From Trichodelitschia bisporula (lineage: Eukaryota): 64,000 nucleotides of DNA. Below are positions 1 to 13,149 of the stretch, one piece after another. The stretch is taken from NCBI GenBank assembly GCA_010356995.1, contig ML996706.1, forward strand, positions 186,001-250,000, read 5' to 3'. Both the position numbers and the translations under genes were made by a program. The notes beneath the pieces were generated by a model. That model worked only from the letters and a program-made list of their open reading frames with translations, did no database searches and was not told where the DNA came from. Positions within the stretch are counted from its first letter, which is position 1; every line of letters begins with the position of its first letter.

Positions 1-837
1 GCTCCCCCGCGGCTACTCCGTCCAACCCCAGCTTCTGATCCCCCCGCCCACCATCCACCATCCACCATCTCACTACCTCAACCACCACAACCCCCCCACC
101 CCCTCCCATCTCGCCCCTCACCTCCAAGTCAGGTGCATCCGTTCCGCCTGCGCACAATTCCCCCCACCACTTACCACCACCACTACCACCATCTCTAACC
201 CCCCCGCCAAACACCACACACCATACACCATACACCGCACCACCACAAGCATACTCACCACCGCCACTTCTGCTCAATCTCCCCGACCTTTTGCCTTTCT
301 GCCTAGACGCGCAAAAACGCACACCCTAGCTCCGCCCTACCAAAACGCGCTTTCCTGGGACCACGCGAAAGCCGTTGTTTCTTGAAGCTGGGAAAAAGAA
401 GGAAGCAAGGCTACGGCTCCCTCGTGCCCCACCCTTGGGTCGTATCAAACTCGACACAATGTACGTGGGTGTCTTTCGCTTTGTACGCCCCATTAACTCG
501 TCACCTTCTCCGCCTGTCTGTACATGAAGAAACCACCAATGTAGCAGTGGCAAGTCGGTATCTTCTCTTTCATCAGGCTGCGCCAGCCTCTCTCCATCAC
601 CTCCCCCCAGTCTCTATCATTTACATATTGTCATCATGATGTTCCAGTCATACTCATCTTTGCTTTCTCATCTTGCACCTTCTCCGATGCCAATATCGCT
701 TCTCTTTCTTACGCTGGGCTTTCGTCTAAAGTCGCCCACATCCTTTCATCATCCTTCTCTCCTTCCTCACGTGCAGTCTCCCATTAACCAACATGCCTTC
801 GCATACAGTTTTTGTGTTCCCTCGGCCCAACCGCCTC

Positions 838-3168
838 ATGCCGTTGGAAACACCGCTGTTACGCGTGAGCCGGCCTGTCGCTGCATGCCAGCGATGTCGT
901 CAGGCGAAAATCAAATGCGACGGAAAGCTCCCTGCTTGCAGCGCTTGCGAACGCACCAACCGCACCTCTGAATGCTCAAGTACGAACGATCAGTTTGCCA
1001 AAGGCAAGGAGCGGAGCTATGTCGCCACTCTCGAATCCCGGGTGGAACGCCTCGAGCGCAAGATCTCCGAAGCTCGTGCTCGTCGGAAATCCTCCATTGC
1101 TCTTGCCGACTCAACTGCGGCCCGCCGTGTATCTGTGGACGCCAACAACAAGCCCAAGGACCCGCGCCTTGCTCGCCGGAAAGAGCTGTCCGATATTGAT
1201 GAGCTTGTGGCTGATTTTGGTTTTCTGTGAGTAGATGCTACCTGCCATCCAATTCATTCCCCAGGGCTGACCAGCCGGCAAGTGCTGTCAATGCCACAGC
1301 AAGAGACTTTTATGGCTTCACCAATGGCATGACATATGCGCGCCTCATCATCTCAGCATCCTCACGGGAGCTATTACCAAGTGGCATGATGAAGGAATAC
1401 CCCCCAAGCCACACTGCGCGTTCTCTGGTTCTGCACTACTTGGATGTCGTCTTCACCATGCTACCGCTGTTTGAAGAGGCGAGCATCTGGGCGTCTGTTG
1501 ACGCCGTATACAGTGACAACCCTTGGAAGGCCTCCATGTCCGATCATTGGGTTGTCCGTATGATATTGGCCATTGGTTCTCTCCTGCAGTCGCAGCAGCG
1601 TGGGGATACTCATTATTCTGACGCCATTGGCCATGTATGCGCTGCACTTGACGTTGCCGAGCAGGTCCTCCATCCAGGCTCCATTGCTAGCATCCAAGCC
1701 ATGGTACTGCTTGTCCAGTACGCAAGCCTCGATCCGGCCCATTTTGATAACTGGACGCTCATCGGTGCTGCCTCACGAATGATGGTGGACCTCGGCATGC
1801 ACCAAGATCCTTCTAAATCTGCCATGATGCTGAGGACAAAACTGGAACTTCGTAGAAGGGTGTATTGGTGTGTTTACGCTCTCGATCGGTAGGTTTTCAT
1901 GTCAGACTTCACCCGTGGTGCTTAACCGTTACAGGTCTGCCTCCATTGTCGAGAATCGCGCCTTCTCATTTTCGGATGACGCCTCCAGCGTTGCCATGCC
2001 TTTCAGGGCTAAGTTGCTTTCACCGCCGGCGAGTCCAAGCATCTGGCAGCAATCTCATGAGCCCGCGCTGGCCCTTTTCCATCTTCGCCAGCTGCAGTCC
2101 GAGTGGTACACCAAAATTTTCCAGTCTGGCCGCACGCCATGGCTAGATCCTTACCAGGAAATCTGGCCCATCTACGCTGAAATGTCGAAATGGTTCTCTG
2201 GCCTCCCTCCAACTCTTCCTCCGCACAGCCGCATGTTTTTCGAACGCGAAATTCTCTACTCCTATGTACACCTTCTCTCGTCCAGTCCGCGGTGCCCACA
2301 CCCATCTCCGCAAGCACAGCGGCTCCTGTTCGAACATGCGGTGGCCTTTGCTGCCCGTATCCATGACGCAACAAAGCACAAGGAGCCAGCAATAACTTAT
2401 CACGACACACGGCGAGCCTACCATGTGGCTCACAGATTTGTCGAAACACTGGATGCGAATTTTGAACCACTACTACGCGCCGCCATATATCCCGCTGCGT
2501 CGCTTTCTATCTTCCCTACTTCACCACTGAACCTGGATGCTGAGGTGGATCCACTGGCTGGTGCAGGTAGCGCTCAAGCGCAGATACAACCACCAGCCGT
2601 CCCAGAAATTTACCCACCCGAAACGGCCAACGAAACACCCGCCTTCCGCGCTAAAGCAGCAATCGACTCTTTCATCGCGGCTCTCTCTGCACTAGGAGCT
2701 AGGTTTGGGCATGTTGACGGCGTCAGCTGGCGGGACCAGTTCCAAACCGAAGCCTTAAGCGTGCTAGTAAAGCTGGATACGCGGCTGAAGCAAGAGCAGC
2801 AGCTAGCACAGGGTCTGTCGCCATCGATGGGCTCACAGGGAATGGGCCCCGAATTTGACGTTTGGAACAACTCGGGATCGGCCGGCGTTCGACCGGTATC
2901 GTCACCCATGGGCCTAAGTCCAAGCCCGCATCATTCATCGCAAAGCGTCTACCCTTCACCAGCAAGCACTGCATACAGCCCACAGTTTGTCCATAACCAC
3001 ACCCATCATGCGCCTCAACAACAATGGAATGATGGGAGTGATCCCAACTTGCCTCTGCCAGGATACTACGGCAATTCTAGCAATGACCTTGTAGTCATGG
3101 AAAACACGGCTGCGTCAATGCCAAGTTGGGAGTCCATAGGAGGAAGTACTGACTCGACGTTTATGTGA
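838..3168 (+). CDS. Zn(II)2Cys6 fungal transcription factor with Fungal_trans domain
   Basis: Zinc cluster ACQRCRQAKIKCDGKLPACSAC..C and a following coiled coil. The middle homology region reads DLGMH...RRRVYWCVYALDR. Introns at 1227-1282 and 1889-1934 join the ORFs in frame. An in-frame upstream ATG at 793 is an alternative start. Confidence 0.92.
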
Positions 3169-4029
3169 TGACCTTCTGAACCGAAGGAGAGCTTACGCGT
3201 CGGCGCTAAGTATTTATCTTGGTTTTGGTTTTAACTCTGTACCATTTCGGAGGGACAACGTACTTCGAATTCTCGATGTCTATAGCGTACCGCATTGAAC
3301 TGTGTACACGTATTGGATTGCGAAGCACTGAACGTCAGTCTTCCCGCGATTTTTTTCCTCCTAGGCTCTTTTTTGTATTTGCGTTACTGGGACCGGAACT
3401 TAGCCTCTCCATTGGAGATATAGAGCCACTGGTGCAGCTGGTAGTCGGTGGCCGGCTATAAGCCTCTCCGACCCCTTGATTCTGGCATTTACTGCGTTGG
3501 CGGCTGTATATCTATTCTGTTGTGGTTTGCAGGAGCGCATGGTGGCCTGTTTGGACGGGCTTGTGAGAGTTGGCCTGTATGATACCCGTTCGATTGACCT
3601 CAGCACCCGAATTCGATGCTGCTCTTGCGCAAATGCTAGACGCGTAATACGCAACAAATTGCAATACTCGGTAGTTTTGTGGACAATCCATGGTCTCTGT
3701 AAGGAGCAGCTTTGGGTCTAGGCTGCTCCAATCGGACTCTGCTAGGGGATTAAAATGCAACCGGGCCCATAGTACATGCTGTTGCATTGCCCTCGGCTTG
3801 GCGCGGGGTCGCGCAGCGGCATCCTGCGACTTACGATTTCAAGAGAAGGCTAGCTCCAACACAGGATAGCCTGGAGCCAATGATGCTGGCCGGGGGGGGA
3901 ATTAGCTTGCCAGAAACAACCACGGTCGAGTGAAGTTGGAAGCGGCCACCACGTGCGACTTTAGGTTATAAAGATCGCGAGACCTACAACACTCTCAATC
4001 TCAACATCGCACACCCAGTTCCCTCCCAG

Positions 4030-4062
4030 CCTCCTCCTCCTCCTCCTCCTCCTCCTCCTCCT
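4030..4062. repeat. (CCT)11 microsatellite just upstream of the DUF3632 ATG
   Basis: Perfect tandem CCT run. Confidence 0.95.
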
Positions 4063-4064
4063 AT

Positions 4065-4952
4065 ATGATGGCCACGCCCCACTTCTACCGCGAGCCCGGA
4101 ACCCCCTCTTCAGCCGAGCCCCTCCAGCAGGGCGACACTTTCCCCCCCCGGCCCCCCCTCAACCCGAAAGAACAGTTGATTGTCGCGGTCATCAAGGCCT
4201 TTACCAACACCAACTCCATGTCTGTTGCCGACACAGTTCTCTACCTCGCGGACCCCGTCAATGTCGCCTGCACAACTGGTGATCCGGAACCCGAGCTTTG
4301 GGCCTTGTACTCGGCCCTCCTTCGCTACGCTCGCAGCGTACCGTTCGACGATGACGCCGCACACGGCCGCCTCGTGCTCCTTCTCCAGGCACTGAAGGCG
4401 CAGCCCGAGCCGCCGCCGGGCCCGGGGCGGGATGTGCTTCTTTCTACGTGGGGCGGGACGAGCGTGTGGGCCAGCCTGGCGCTGTTCGGGGCGGTGGCCC
4501 GCGAGGAATGGGACGAAGCGCCGGGGGCGCGGGGTGGGACGGGGTCAGCAGACGAGGTACGCGAGTGGAGGAATCTGAATGCGTTTGTGGCTAGAGTGAC
4601 GGCGGCAGGAGTGTATGATTTCAGTGTCTATGGGTTTTGGGCACTGAGGGACACGCTCTCGCCGTTGGATCCTGCGGAGGCGCAGGGGCCGAGGACGGAT
4701 ACTTGGGTCGGTGATAGACTTGATGAGTTCTTGCCTGCGGCGGTGATGTGGCCGGTTTGTGCGGGGAGGGTGCTGTATGGAGAGGCAGTTAAGGCTGGGT
4801 GGAACGGGCAGGAGTTCTCGTTGACGAGGTGGCAGTCGTGGTGGGAGAGATTGCACGAGATCGTGTTGTCGAATGTCGGGGAGGAGACGAGGTACATGGC
4901 TCAAATGGCCATAAGGGCCATGGATGAGGCGACGAAGGCGGGGACATCATGA
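4065..4952 (+). CDS. DUF3632-family fungal protein
   Basis: Intronless 295 aa ORF with TATAAA at 3967. Motifs WASLALFGAVAREEW, WRNLNAFVARV, FWALRDTL and RWQSWWERL are typical of DUF3632. Confidence 0.75.
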   Translation: MMATPHFYREPGTPSSAEPLQQGDTFPPRPPLNPKEQLIVAVIKAFTNTNSMSVADTVLYLADPVNVACTTGDPEPELWALYSALLRYARSVPFDDDAAHGRLVLLLQALKAQPEPPPGPGRDVLLSTWGGTSVWASLALFGAVAREEWDEAPGARGGTGSADEVREWRNLNAFVARVTAAGVYDFSVYGFWALRDTLSPLDPAEAQGPRTDTWVGDRLDEFLPAAVMWPVCAGRVLYGEAVKAGWNGQEFSLTRWQSWWERLHEIVLSNVGEETRYMAQMAIRAMDEATKAGTS

Positions 4953-5394
4953 ATGACCAGTGATGCCTTGCTACGGAGTATGGATATGGATATGGTTGTA
5001 TTGTTTCGTTTTCGTTTGCCATTGAACAGTCCTACGAGCTTAGTAGGGATTGGGGGGGGAGTGGAGGACATGTCCCACAATAGCGGGCCAGGCAGAAGGA
5101 GTGCAGCAGCACATCCAAGCGGAAGCACCGCTCAATGAAGACAGACGAGGTTGAATTTAAGCCTTACAGCCTGAAGTTGCCAAAGACACGCCAAGAACGA
5201 TCGCCCATCGTCGACATCTCTTGGCAACATGAGACGGGAAATCCATCGACCTCCCACAAACGAGCTCGCGTGCACATCATATAACCACCGCCCCCAATCC
5301 CTCAACTTCAGATTCTCTCCTCTTTGGTTAATCTCCGCATCTACGGGCGCCACACTAGGGAGCACATAGACAGACGCTCCACCCTACCGCCACC

Positions 5395-6342
5395 ATGAGG
5401 TTAACAGCAGACCTCATCCAAAACTCCCTCTCCTACATCAACCCGTTGAAAGAACGCGAGCTAGACCTGCGAGGTGCGTGTGAAAAGAGCAGATACTACA
5501 TTTTGAAAAGAGCCTAGTTGATACAATCTCCCGGGAGAACCGCAGGCCACAAAATCCCCGCCATCGAGAACCTAGGCGTTGCGCGCGTACGTCCGCCTAC
5601 CCACGAGCACCTTACCTCCCCCACCGCCACGATGACGTCCCCCCAACTAACTCCCTACAGGATCAAGACTGCATCGACCTGACAGACAATGACCTAACCC
5701 TCCTAGCCAACTTCCCCCTCAACCCGCGCCTCCAAACCCTCCTCCTGGCCCGCAACCGCATCGCCGCCCTGCAGCCCACGCTCCACAAGTCCATACCGCG
5801 CCTTACCACTCTAGTGCTCACGCACAACCGCCTCGCCGAGCTCGCGGACCTCGACCCGCTGTCCCACTTCTCGCACCTCACATACCTCTCCCTGATCGAG
5901 AATCCCGTTGCGCTGAAGGAGGTACGTCGCGCCCATCCCTCCTCCCGCTCCCCAGAACTGATATATTCCGCGCCAGAACTACCGCTACTGGGTCATCTGG
6001 TGCATCCCCTCCGTCCGCTTCCTCGACTTTGTCAAGGTGCGCGATGCAGAGCGCACAAAGGCGAAGACCCTCTTCGGCACCGCGGAGGAGCCCACGCCGC
6101 TCGCGACGAAGATCATGGGCATCAAGTCCAAGGGCTTCGACATGAGTGCCAACGGGACGACGCGCGGCGCCGCCGGAGCTGCTGGCGAGTACCGCGTGCA
6201 GTTGACGGACAAGGAGCGCGCGCGTATCCGCACTATGATTACGAATGCCAAGAGCTTGCAGGAGATTGCGCGGTTGGAGAAGGAGCTGAATGAGGGGCGT
6301 GTGCCAGGTGGGGTTCTGGATGATGATGCAATGGAGGAGTAG
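5395..6342 (+). CDS. LEA1: U2 snRNP protein A' (leucine-rich repeat)
   Basis: Spliced product MRLTADLIQNSLSYINPLKERELDLRGHKIPAIENLG...IDLTDNDL...NYRYWVIWCIPSVRFLDF. Introns at 5474-5545, 5587-5660 and 5922-5976. Confidence 0.95.
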
Positions 6343-6774
6343 CCTGGTTCTGATGCGTGTCTGATGCTAGTTACACGTGGTAATGGGCCGCAAAAGGCCT
6401 TTGGTACATTACATACCTGAACCGTGTGTGAAAATGAATTCGGTATGAACCCACAATAATTTACGACGGGAAACTGTCGCTAGGAGTATCGGGCGTGCTC
6501 ATTCAACATATGCATTTCAAATACAACTACCGACACCGATCCAAACACGAAGACACTCAGTCGCCTGCTTCTTGGATATCCTATTCAAACCCAGTCCCAG
6601 CATCATTGCGTGCTCGCAGTTCACGTCAAGTCTCAATCATTCCCCTAACCCACTCGCAACATCATTTCTTAGATACCATGATACCCCGGGCCCATCACAC
6701 CCGCCCTTTTAGCGTCCGAGTAAACCCACAAGGCATAAACAAACAACCGAACAGCAAAGCATTTCGACACGCCC

Positions 6775-9584
6775 TTACCCAACAAGAAGATCCACATCAA
6801 GGCCGATAGCATGCATAAACAGGTTAACATGCCCAAGCCTGACAGCTGCCATATCAGCCGGCAGCGTGCGGCCCATGCGTACTGTTTCCATAACCCGGTT
6901 CTTGACACCCATGACGAGCCGCTGCTGCTGTTCAGGATTCGAAGCTGCACCCATGGCAGCGAGGAACTGCCACACATGTACATCGTCCGCATTGAGCACA
7001 GTCCCCGGGAAGACGAAAGGCAGAGCTGGCTCGGCAGCGTCGAAGAGGCGGTTGAAGGTCTCAGTCCACTGTTCCCATTCGGCGTGAGCGGCGCTGTCGG
7101 CTGAGGGTGTCGGCTTCAAAAGCTCGGCGCGAGAGACGAGCATTGTCAGAATGGACACGCCAATTTTAGTGCACACAATGGCTGAGACGGTGGTACGCTC
7201 CGTGACCAGACCCAGGACGCCGGCGATTATGTTAAGAGGCGCTTCGTTCACGGACCTGAACAAGCACGGCATGACCGCTTGGGCGAATAGTTCAATCTCT
7301 TCGCGTACGGCAAGTGGGGCCGGAGCGGAAGCGTCATGGAGAGCATAGGCAATGACATCAAGAGAGTCGAGGTGAGCGACAATCATAGTGAGGGTGGTGA
7401 CGCGCTGCTGTTCATCGATGTGACGGAAGACGCGTGGCATGACCTTCTTACCCTTAGGATGAGAGAGGATGGCGACAAACGGATGCAGAGTGGGTGAGCT
7501 ATTGAGTTAGCGGATCGTTAACCGAAGGTACGAGCATAACCTACTTCTGAATGAAGGGCTCGAGAACCTTGAGGTCGGCCCATATCCTCTGGTTGAGGAT
7601 CTGCATCTTCTCGCGCCACTCCAAGTGCTGCTGAACGGTAGCTGAATCGCTGGTATCCGTCAAAGGAGGCGGCATCTGTCTCTCATGGTCTTCCATTTCC
7701 ATGACGGAGTTGTAAAGTGTTTCGATATTCCGCAGAACAACACGGCGTTCCGCAGCAGCATCGTGAACCCTGCTGGGCCTACGAACAGGGTGATGAGGGT
7801 GGGAATTGCTGTCGTTCCGCCTGATATTGAGAAGAGGTTTCGGTGTTTTCGCATTGCTGAAAGAGATCTTCCCAAGGCTGCCCTCAATCACAAGTTGCTT
7901 GTTCTTAGGCTTTGCACGAGCGGCCTCGACAGCTCGTTGGACCTGTTGTTCCATCCTCTGCATATGATTATCGACGCCACGAGCATTTCGACGCCCGGCA
8001 AAGCGGCCACCGGTCTGGAAGAGATAGGTTTGTGCAAACTGGTTGGCCGGTTGGTGAGGATCGTGACGAGGCGCGCCACGGATTTGCGAGTACACTTGGT
8101 AGTAGAAGTCTTCGTTTAGAACAGACTCCATATCGTTCGACTCCACCGTACCAGTCGCGGTAACCAGTTGCTGCAGTTGGATACGAGTAATGAAGTTCTT
8201 GTCTTGAGGAGTCATCAGTCCATTGTCCTTCGAAAGCAAATAAATTTTGTGGTTGCGCTTCGCACGTTTCGAGTCCTCCTCCATGAATGCCAAGCGATCT
8301 TCGTCAGAAAGCTGCAGGATCTGCTGGGGGTTGGTAATGATGGGTCCTTGGTAGGAAGGCCCACGCTGATGAGCCGGTCCGGTCGGAATGCGCGGACCTT
8401 CAGGCATCCGCTGATATGGCTGCGGAACTGGCGGGCCCGACTGTCCATGACCAGAGAGCCTGTTTGGGTTCTGCAGGATCTGGCGAGGCTGAGGTGCAGG
8501 GGTATGCCGCTGTGCACTCTGCTCCACTTGCGAAGAAGGCCGAGGCCGCTGAAGGATCTGGGGGTGCTGTGGCTGCGGCGGAAACCCCTGACTTGGCAGT
8601 TCAGGCTGTCTCGCCGCAGCAGGAGGCTGCTGGGATCCAGGGGGCGGATGAGGGCGCTGTAAGATTTGCGGCGGGTGCGAGAAAACAGTTGGCTGGGGAG
8701 GTGGCGTCGGCTGTGCATGAATTTGAGGCTGACGATGCCCGTGTTGCTGTAGAGAAGGAAATGCAAAGCCCGGGTGTTGCTGCGGAGGTTGCTGCGGAGG
8801 TTGCTGCGGGGTTTGCTGCGGGGGTTGCTGCGGGGGTTGCTGCGGAGGTTGATGAGGCATAAAGTGATGCTGTTCAGGCATGTGCTGAGGATAAGACGGG
8901 GTTTGATGCACAGGTACGGGAGGGGGGGCCGACTGCTGGCTTTCTGCACGCATGAAGGCTTCGACTTCTTCAACACTGAGTATCTTCCTAGCAGGCGGAG
9001 GAGCGGCGGCCGAAGGTTGGGCCGGTGAAGGGGTGGCATGGGATGAGAAAGCAGCTGCTTGATAGCCCGAGGGCCCAGCTCGTTCAGGTGCCCTCTTAGG
9101 CCCAATGCCCCAGAGATTGGCATCCGCTTGCAGTTGGGGAATGAAACCTTCATAGCCTGTCTTTGCCGGCTTGGTAGCCTTCCTCGGGGGACTAGCAGGC
9201 TTCGGGGCTAGACGAGCGGGCGCCTTTTGAGCAGCAAAGCGCATCCGCTCTTCCTCAATCGCCCTGGAAACGCCGCCAGTTTGACCCGAGAAGTCGAAAT
9301 CCTTACCAATGGACTGCTGCGTAAGGCGTTCCTCGCCGAAAGTGTCATCGTTGAATGCGTCGCCGCTTTCTTCGAGCTGATCGCCGAGTCCGTCGTATGT
9401 CTCCTCGAAATCAAGGCTGCAAGCATTGGTTAGTGGCCAGTGACTTTCAAAATAGTGAAGTCACGTACACCTCTGCTTCATCAGCTAAGCCTCGGCTAGG
9501 TATGCCAGCAAACGCATCGCGCGGTTGCGAGAAGCCTGGAGCATCCTGTCTATGCCCACGATCATTGAACCCGAAAAAAGACAT
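6775..9584 (-). CDS. PAT1: Pat1 mRNA decapping activator / topoisomerase II-associated protein
   Basis: N-terminus MSFFGF, a Pro/Gln-rich middle, and GLMTPQDKNFITRIQLQQL, EDFYYQVY, EGSLGKISFS. C-terminus NLFMHAIGLD. Introns lie near 9470-9418 and 7544-7500. Confidence 0.93.
8777..8850 (-). repeat. 12-bp coding tandem repeat (QQPP/QQTP, about 6 copies) in PAT1
   Basis: Repeated GGTTGCTGCGG(A/G) on the + strand. Confidence 0.85.
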
Positions 9585-10452
9585 GATGGCGCCTCAGGTG
9601 GTGCCGGAATAGAAATTGGAGCTGGTAAAACTGGATGCAAATGTAGTGGTTGCTGCGTAGAGAGGCGAGAAGATTTACTGCGAACCAAGCGGGGCAGTTG
9701 CTGCAAAGAGCAGCTCTGCGAACCGGGAACAATGAGCTGACACAGCAAGTCGAGGAATGACAGTAAGGGTGGTTGAAATGGATGGTGGTGGAGGGTGAGG
9801 AGAGAGGGACAGAGGGACAGGAGACAGTGACGCTGCACCTTGACTCCTTTCGGTGGGGTTTGAGGTTGCAGTGTTGATCGCTCTTCTCTCTCTCACACAC
9901 ACTGTCGTTCCGTCCCCTCGTCTGTCCGGTGACCGGTGATTCGTTAATCCGGGTTTACCTGCAGCGCTGCATATTGAATGACATAAGCAAAAGGTGGTGC
10001 TAACGTCATTCGTTGCCTCGTCGACAAGGCGATCAATCTTGAAATCACGTGCTATGCAGTGTAGATCGCTCCTTCGAATTCCATTTTCGGTTCTCACGGT
10101 TTGGAGACACACGCCACAGTTTCAAAGGGAATGCGGGAGTGGCGCAACGGGCTCCACGATACAGAAGCGGGTTAGTCATTAAGATGAGATGTAACGCTTG
10201 ACCGCGCGTCCCTTTGACCAGTTAGGTGGCCAGTTGCCACTCACATCCCGAATCTCACGCGGAGGCAGAAGTGAGGCAGAGTGCACAAATCACAGCAACA
10301 TGTCTGGAAGAGTGTGAAGGTGTGAGGTTCTTGGCCAGTGAATTGCCAAGTTGTGCAAGCCTGTGTTTTCTTTTGCTGCCAGCCCGCAGCGGAAGTAGTG
10401 CGCATCAAGTTGCAACACCAGAAGGAGGCTTTGCACCAAAGCTACCACAGTA

Positions 10453-10521
10453 CTCCTCTACTCCTCAACTCCTCATCTCCTCATCTCCTCAACTCCTCAT
10501 CTCCTCAACTCAACTCCTCAA
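10453..10521 (+). repeat. 8-bp unit array CTCCTCA(A/T), about 8 copies
   Basis: Directly visible in the divergent PAT1/mannosyltransferase intergenic region. Confidence 0.85.
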
Positions 10522-10939
10522 TCTTTGTTTCCTGACATTTCTCCTCCTCCTCCTCCTCCCTCGCCTCGATTAATCTTCACCCGCCACTTCTCCAGCATTC
10601 CTTCTGCATCCCCTGAGGTTACCGCCCTTGAAGAGGGAAAGGCCCCGAAAGTGCGTTAATCCCCTGTTCTATTCCCTAGGGTGTGCCTTGGTGCAGCAAA
10701 CTGCCAGTCGTTGTCTCCACCCTTACGTAGGGCCTGCCCGCAATCCGTCACGCACTGTCCCTTGCTACGCACTGCGCATCTTTGTCCCACCCGCCAGGAC
10801 CCCCAGGCTCCTTCCACCTAAATACGTGTCTCATCCACAACAACCCTTAGTCCGTTTCCTCTCACCTTCATCCAACCTGGATTCCCTACGCAGAGCCTTT
10901 GGAGCGGAGCCGGTCGGGCGCTTCTCTTCAGGCATAAAG

Positions 10940-12306
10940 ATGGCTTCTTCTCAACGCTACCTGCGCTACGTTGTAGTCGCAGTCGCTGTACGTTCTACAA
11001 CCAGCTTTGTCGCTTGCGACCGCGTATCTGTTACTGACTGTTCACAGTGTCTGCTCGTCGTCTTCTTCTTCACATCCTCCTCACGATTACCCGCTGGAAG
11101 CTCCAACATACTCAGTGGCCATGGCTTCGCCTCACCTTCGAAGTCAGACACAACAGCCAAAGGCGATGCCGCGATTGATATGGGCACATCTCCAGTTATG
11201 AGCGGACTCCCCCCCGCTACAATTCCTGGGCCGCGCATGAACGCTACCTTCGTTACGCTTGCTCGCAACTCGGACGTTTGGGAGATTGCCCGCTCCATCC
11301 GTCAGGTTGAGGATCGCTTCAACCGCAAGTTCAACTACGACTGGGTCTTCCTGAACGATGCTGAGTTTGATGACACCTTCAAGAAGGTCACCTCTGCTCT
11401 GACGTCCGGCAACACCAAGTACGGCAAGATCCCCAAGGAGCACTGGTCCTTCCCCGAATGGATCGACACAGACAAGGCTGCCAAGGTCCGCGAGGACATG
11501 AAGGAGAAGAAAATCATCTACGGTGACTCTATCAGCTACCGGCACATGTGTCGCTACGAGTCCGGCTTCTTCTTCCGCCACCCGTTGATGCTCGATTACG
11601 AATGGTACTGGCGCGTGGAGCCCAGCGTCGAGCTGTTCTGCGATATCGACTACGATGCCTTCAAGTTTATGGCGGATAACGGCAAGAAGTACAGCTTCGT
11701 CCTCAGCTTGTATGAATACGTCGAAACCATCCCGACCCTGTGGGACAGCGTAAAGGGCTTCATTAAGGCGAACCCTCAACACATTGCGAAGGATAACTCA
11801 ATGAAGTTCCTGAGCGACGATGGCGGCAACACCTACAACCATTGCCACTTCGTAAGTTGCCTATGTGCCCTTTTGTGTGATGTCAACAAACTAACTCGTG
11901 CTAGTGGTCCAACTTCGAGATTGGCAACTTGAACTGGCTTCGTTCGCAGCCTTACATTGACTTCTTCAACCACCTGGACAAGGACGGTGGCTTTTTCTAC
12001 GAGCGCTGGGGCGATGCGCCAGTGCACTCCATCGCGGCAGGCCTCATGCTCCCGAAGGAAGAGATCCACTTTTTTAACGACATCGCCTACTACCACGTCC
12101 CGTTCACTCATTGTCCTACCGGCGAGCAGTACCGTCTTGATCACAAGTGCCACTGCAACCCCAAGGACAATTTCGACTGGCAGGGCTACTCTTGTAAGTT
12201 ACACCCTGGAGTACGCAATATTCACTTCTAACGCAAAACAGGCACGGCCCGGTACTACGAGCTGAATGGCATGCAGAAGCCTGAAGGGTACGATCATGAG
12301 GCATAA
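10940..12306 (+). CDS. KTR1: Alpha-1,2-mannosyltransferase, GT15 (Kre2/Mnt1/Ktr1 family)
   Basis: N-terminal signal anchor, then [48 protein letters not shown] and [13 protein letters not shown]. Introns at 10988-11047, 11852-11904 and 12194-12241. The exact paralogue name is uncertain. Confidence 0.93.
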
Positions 12307-12357
12307 GCCGCCTTTCTTATTCCCCCTCCCTTATCTCCACCTCCCGGCGACCTGCCC

Positions 12358-12627
12358 ATGGCGATGGAAGAATGGGAGCTTTGTTTGAGATATTCTTTAA
12401 TTCCCGGTACCCCCACTCTTTCTTCCTTTCGGTTATCTGGAATCATTGACTTCGGGACGGGCCAGCTGACTTTCGGTCGGCGCGGACTCAGAGCGCCATG
12501 GTCAGATACGGAAACGGATCGGTTAGCCCTCTGGGCAGGCGTTGCCTTCGGCTTGGTGTTTGTGGCTGTCCTTGCCATTGTGGGTGTTTGGGCGGCTAGC
12601 AGCCAGAAGAGGAGGGGGCGTTACTGA
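12358..12627 (+). CDS. Putative small single-pass membrane protein, or in-frame extension of the GT15 gene
   Basis: 89 aa with cccATGG start context. A hydrophobic helix LALWAGVAFGLVFVAVLAIVGVWAA is followed by a basic tail. It is in frame with the upstream TAA. Confidence 0.45.
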   Translation: MAMEEWELCLRYSLIPGTPTLSSFRLSGIIDFGTGQLTFGRRGLRAPWSDTETDRLALWAGVAFGLVFVAVLAIVGVWAASSQKRRGRY

Positions 12628-13149
12628 TGCTGCAAATCGAGTGTGCGGTTTTCGTCGAAGTGATGCATTAGGAAAAGCATGCGGGGAGGGACAAAACTAG
12701 AGGATAAGCGCGGAATCCTTTTTGATGATGGCGGATTTGCGTTTTACGGGCATGGCGTGTACGGGGCGTGCTTTCTTCAGCTACATGGGCTTGTTTAGGG
12801 CGGGTTACTGACGTGGGGATATGTCTGAGTATAGAGGGGATATGACTGCATTGCTGCTTGCCTTTCTGCTTGGCTTACGTGTCGTTGCCGCGCGGCGTGC
12901 ATTGGGGAACGGAGCTTCAATCAGTGGACTGCACTTAGTGCGACGCCACTATCCTGAGGCGCGGTGGCTAGGGCGACTTTGCAGGTGGCATCCTCAGACG
13001 CGCAATATGGCTCTATCAATGATTCCGAATGCTCAAAGTTCCTCTCACCAGTCAAAGGATGACCAGAGACGAAACGCCAGCCCATGCCTCGCATCTCCTG
13101 CCGTGCATAATTCACGAACTACAACCGCCCAACCCCGCTCCAGCCCCAC

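Noticed and set aside
3400..3790. Overlapping short minus-strand ORFs between the TF and DUF3632 genes
   Set aside because: No recognisable family, splice signals or terminal repeats. I cannot support a gene or transposon call.
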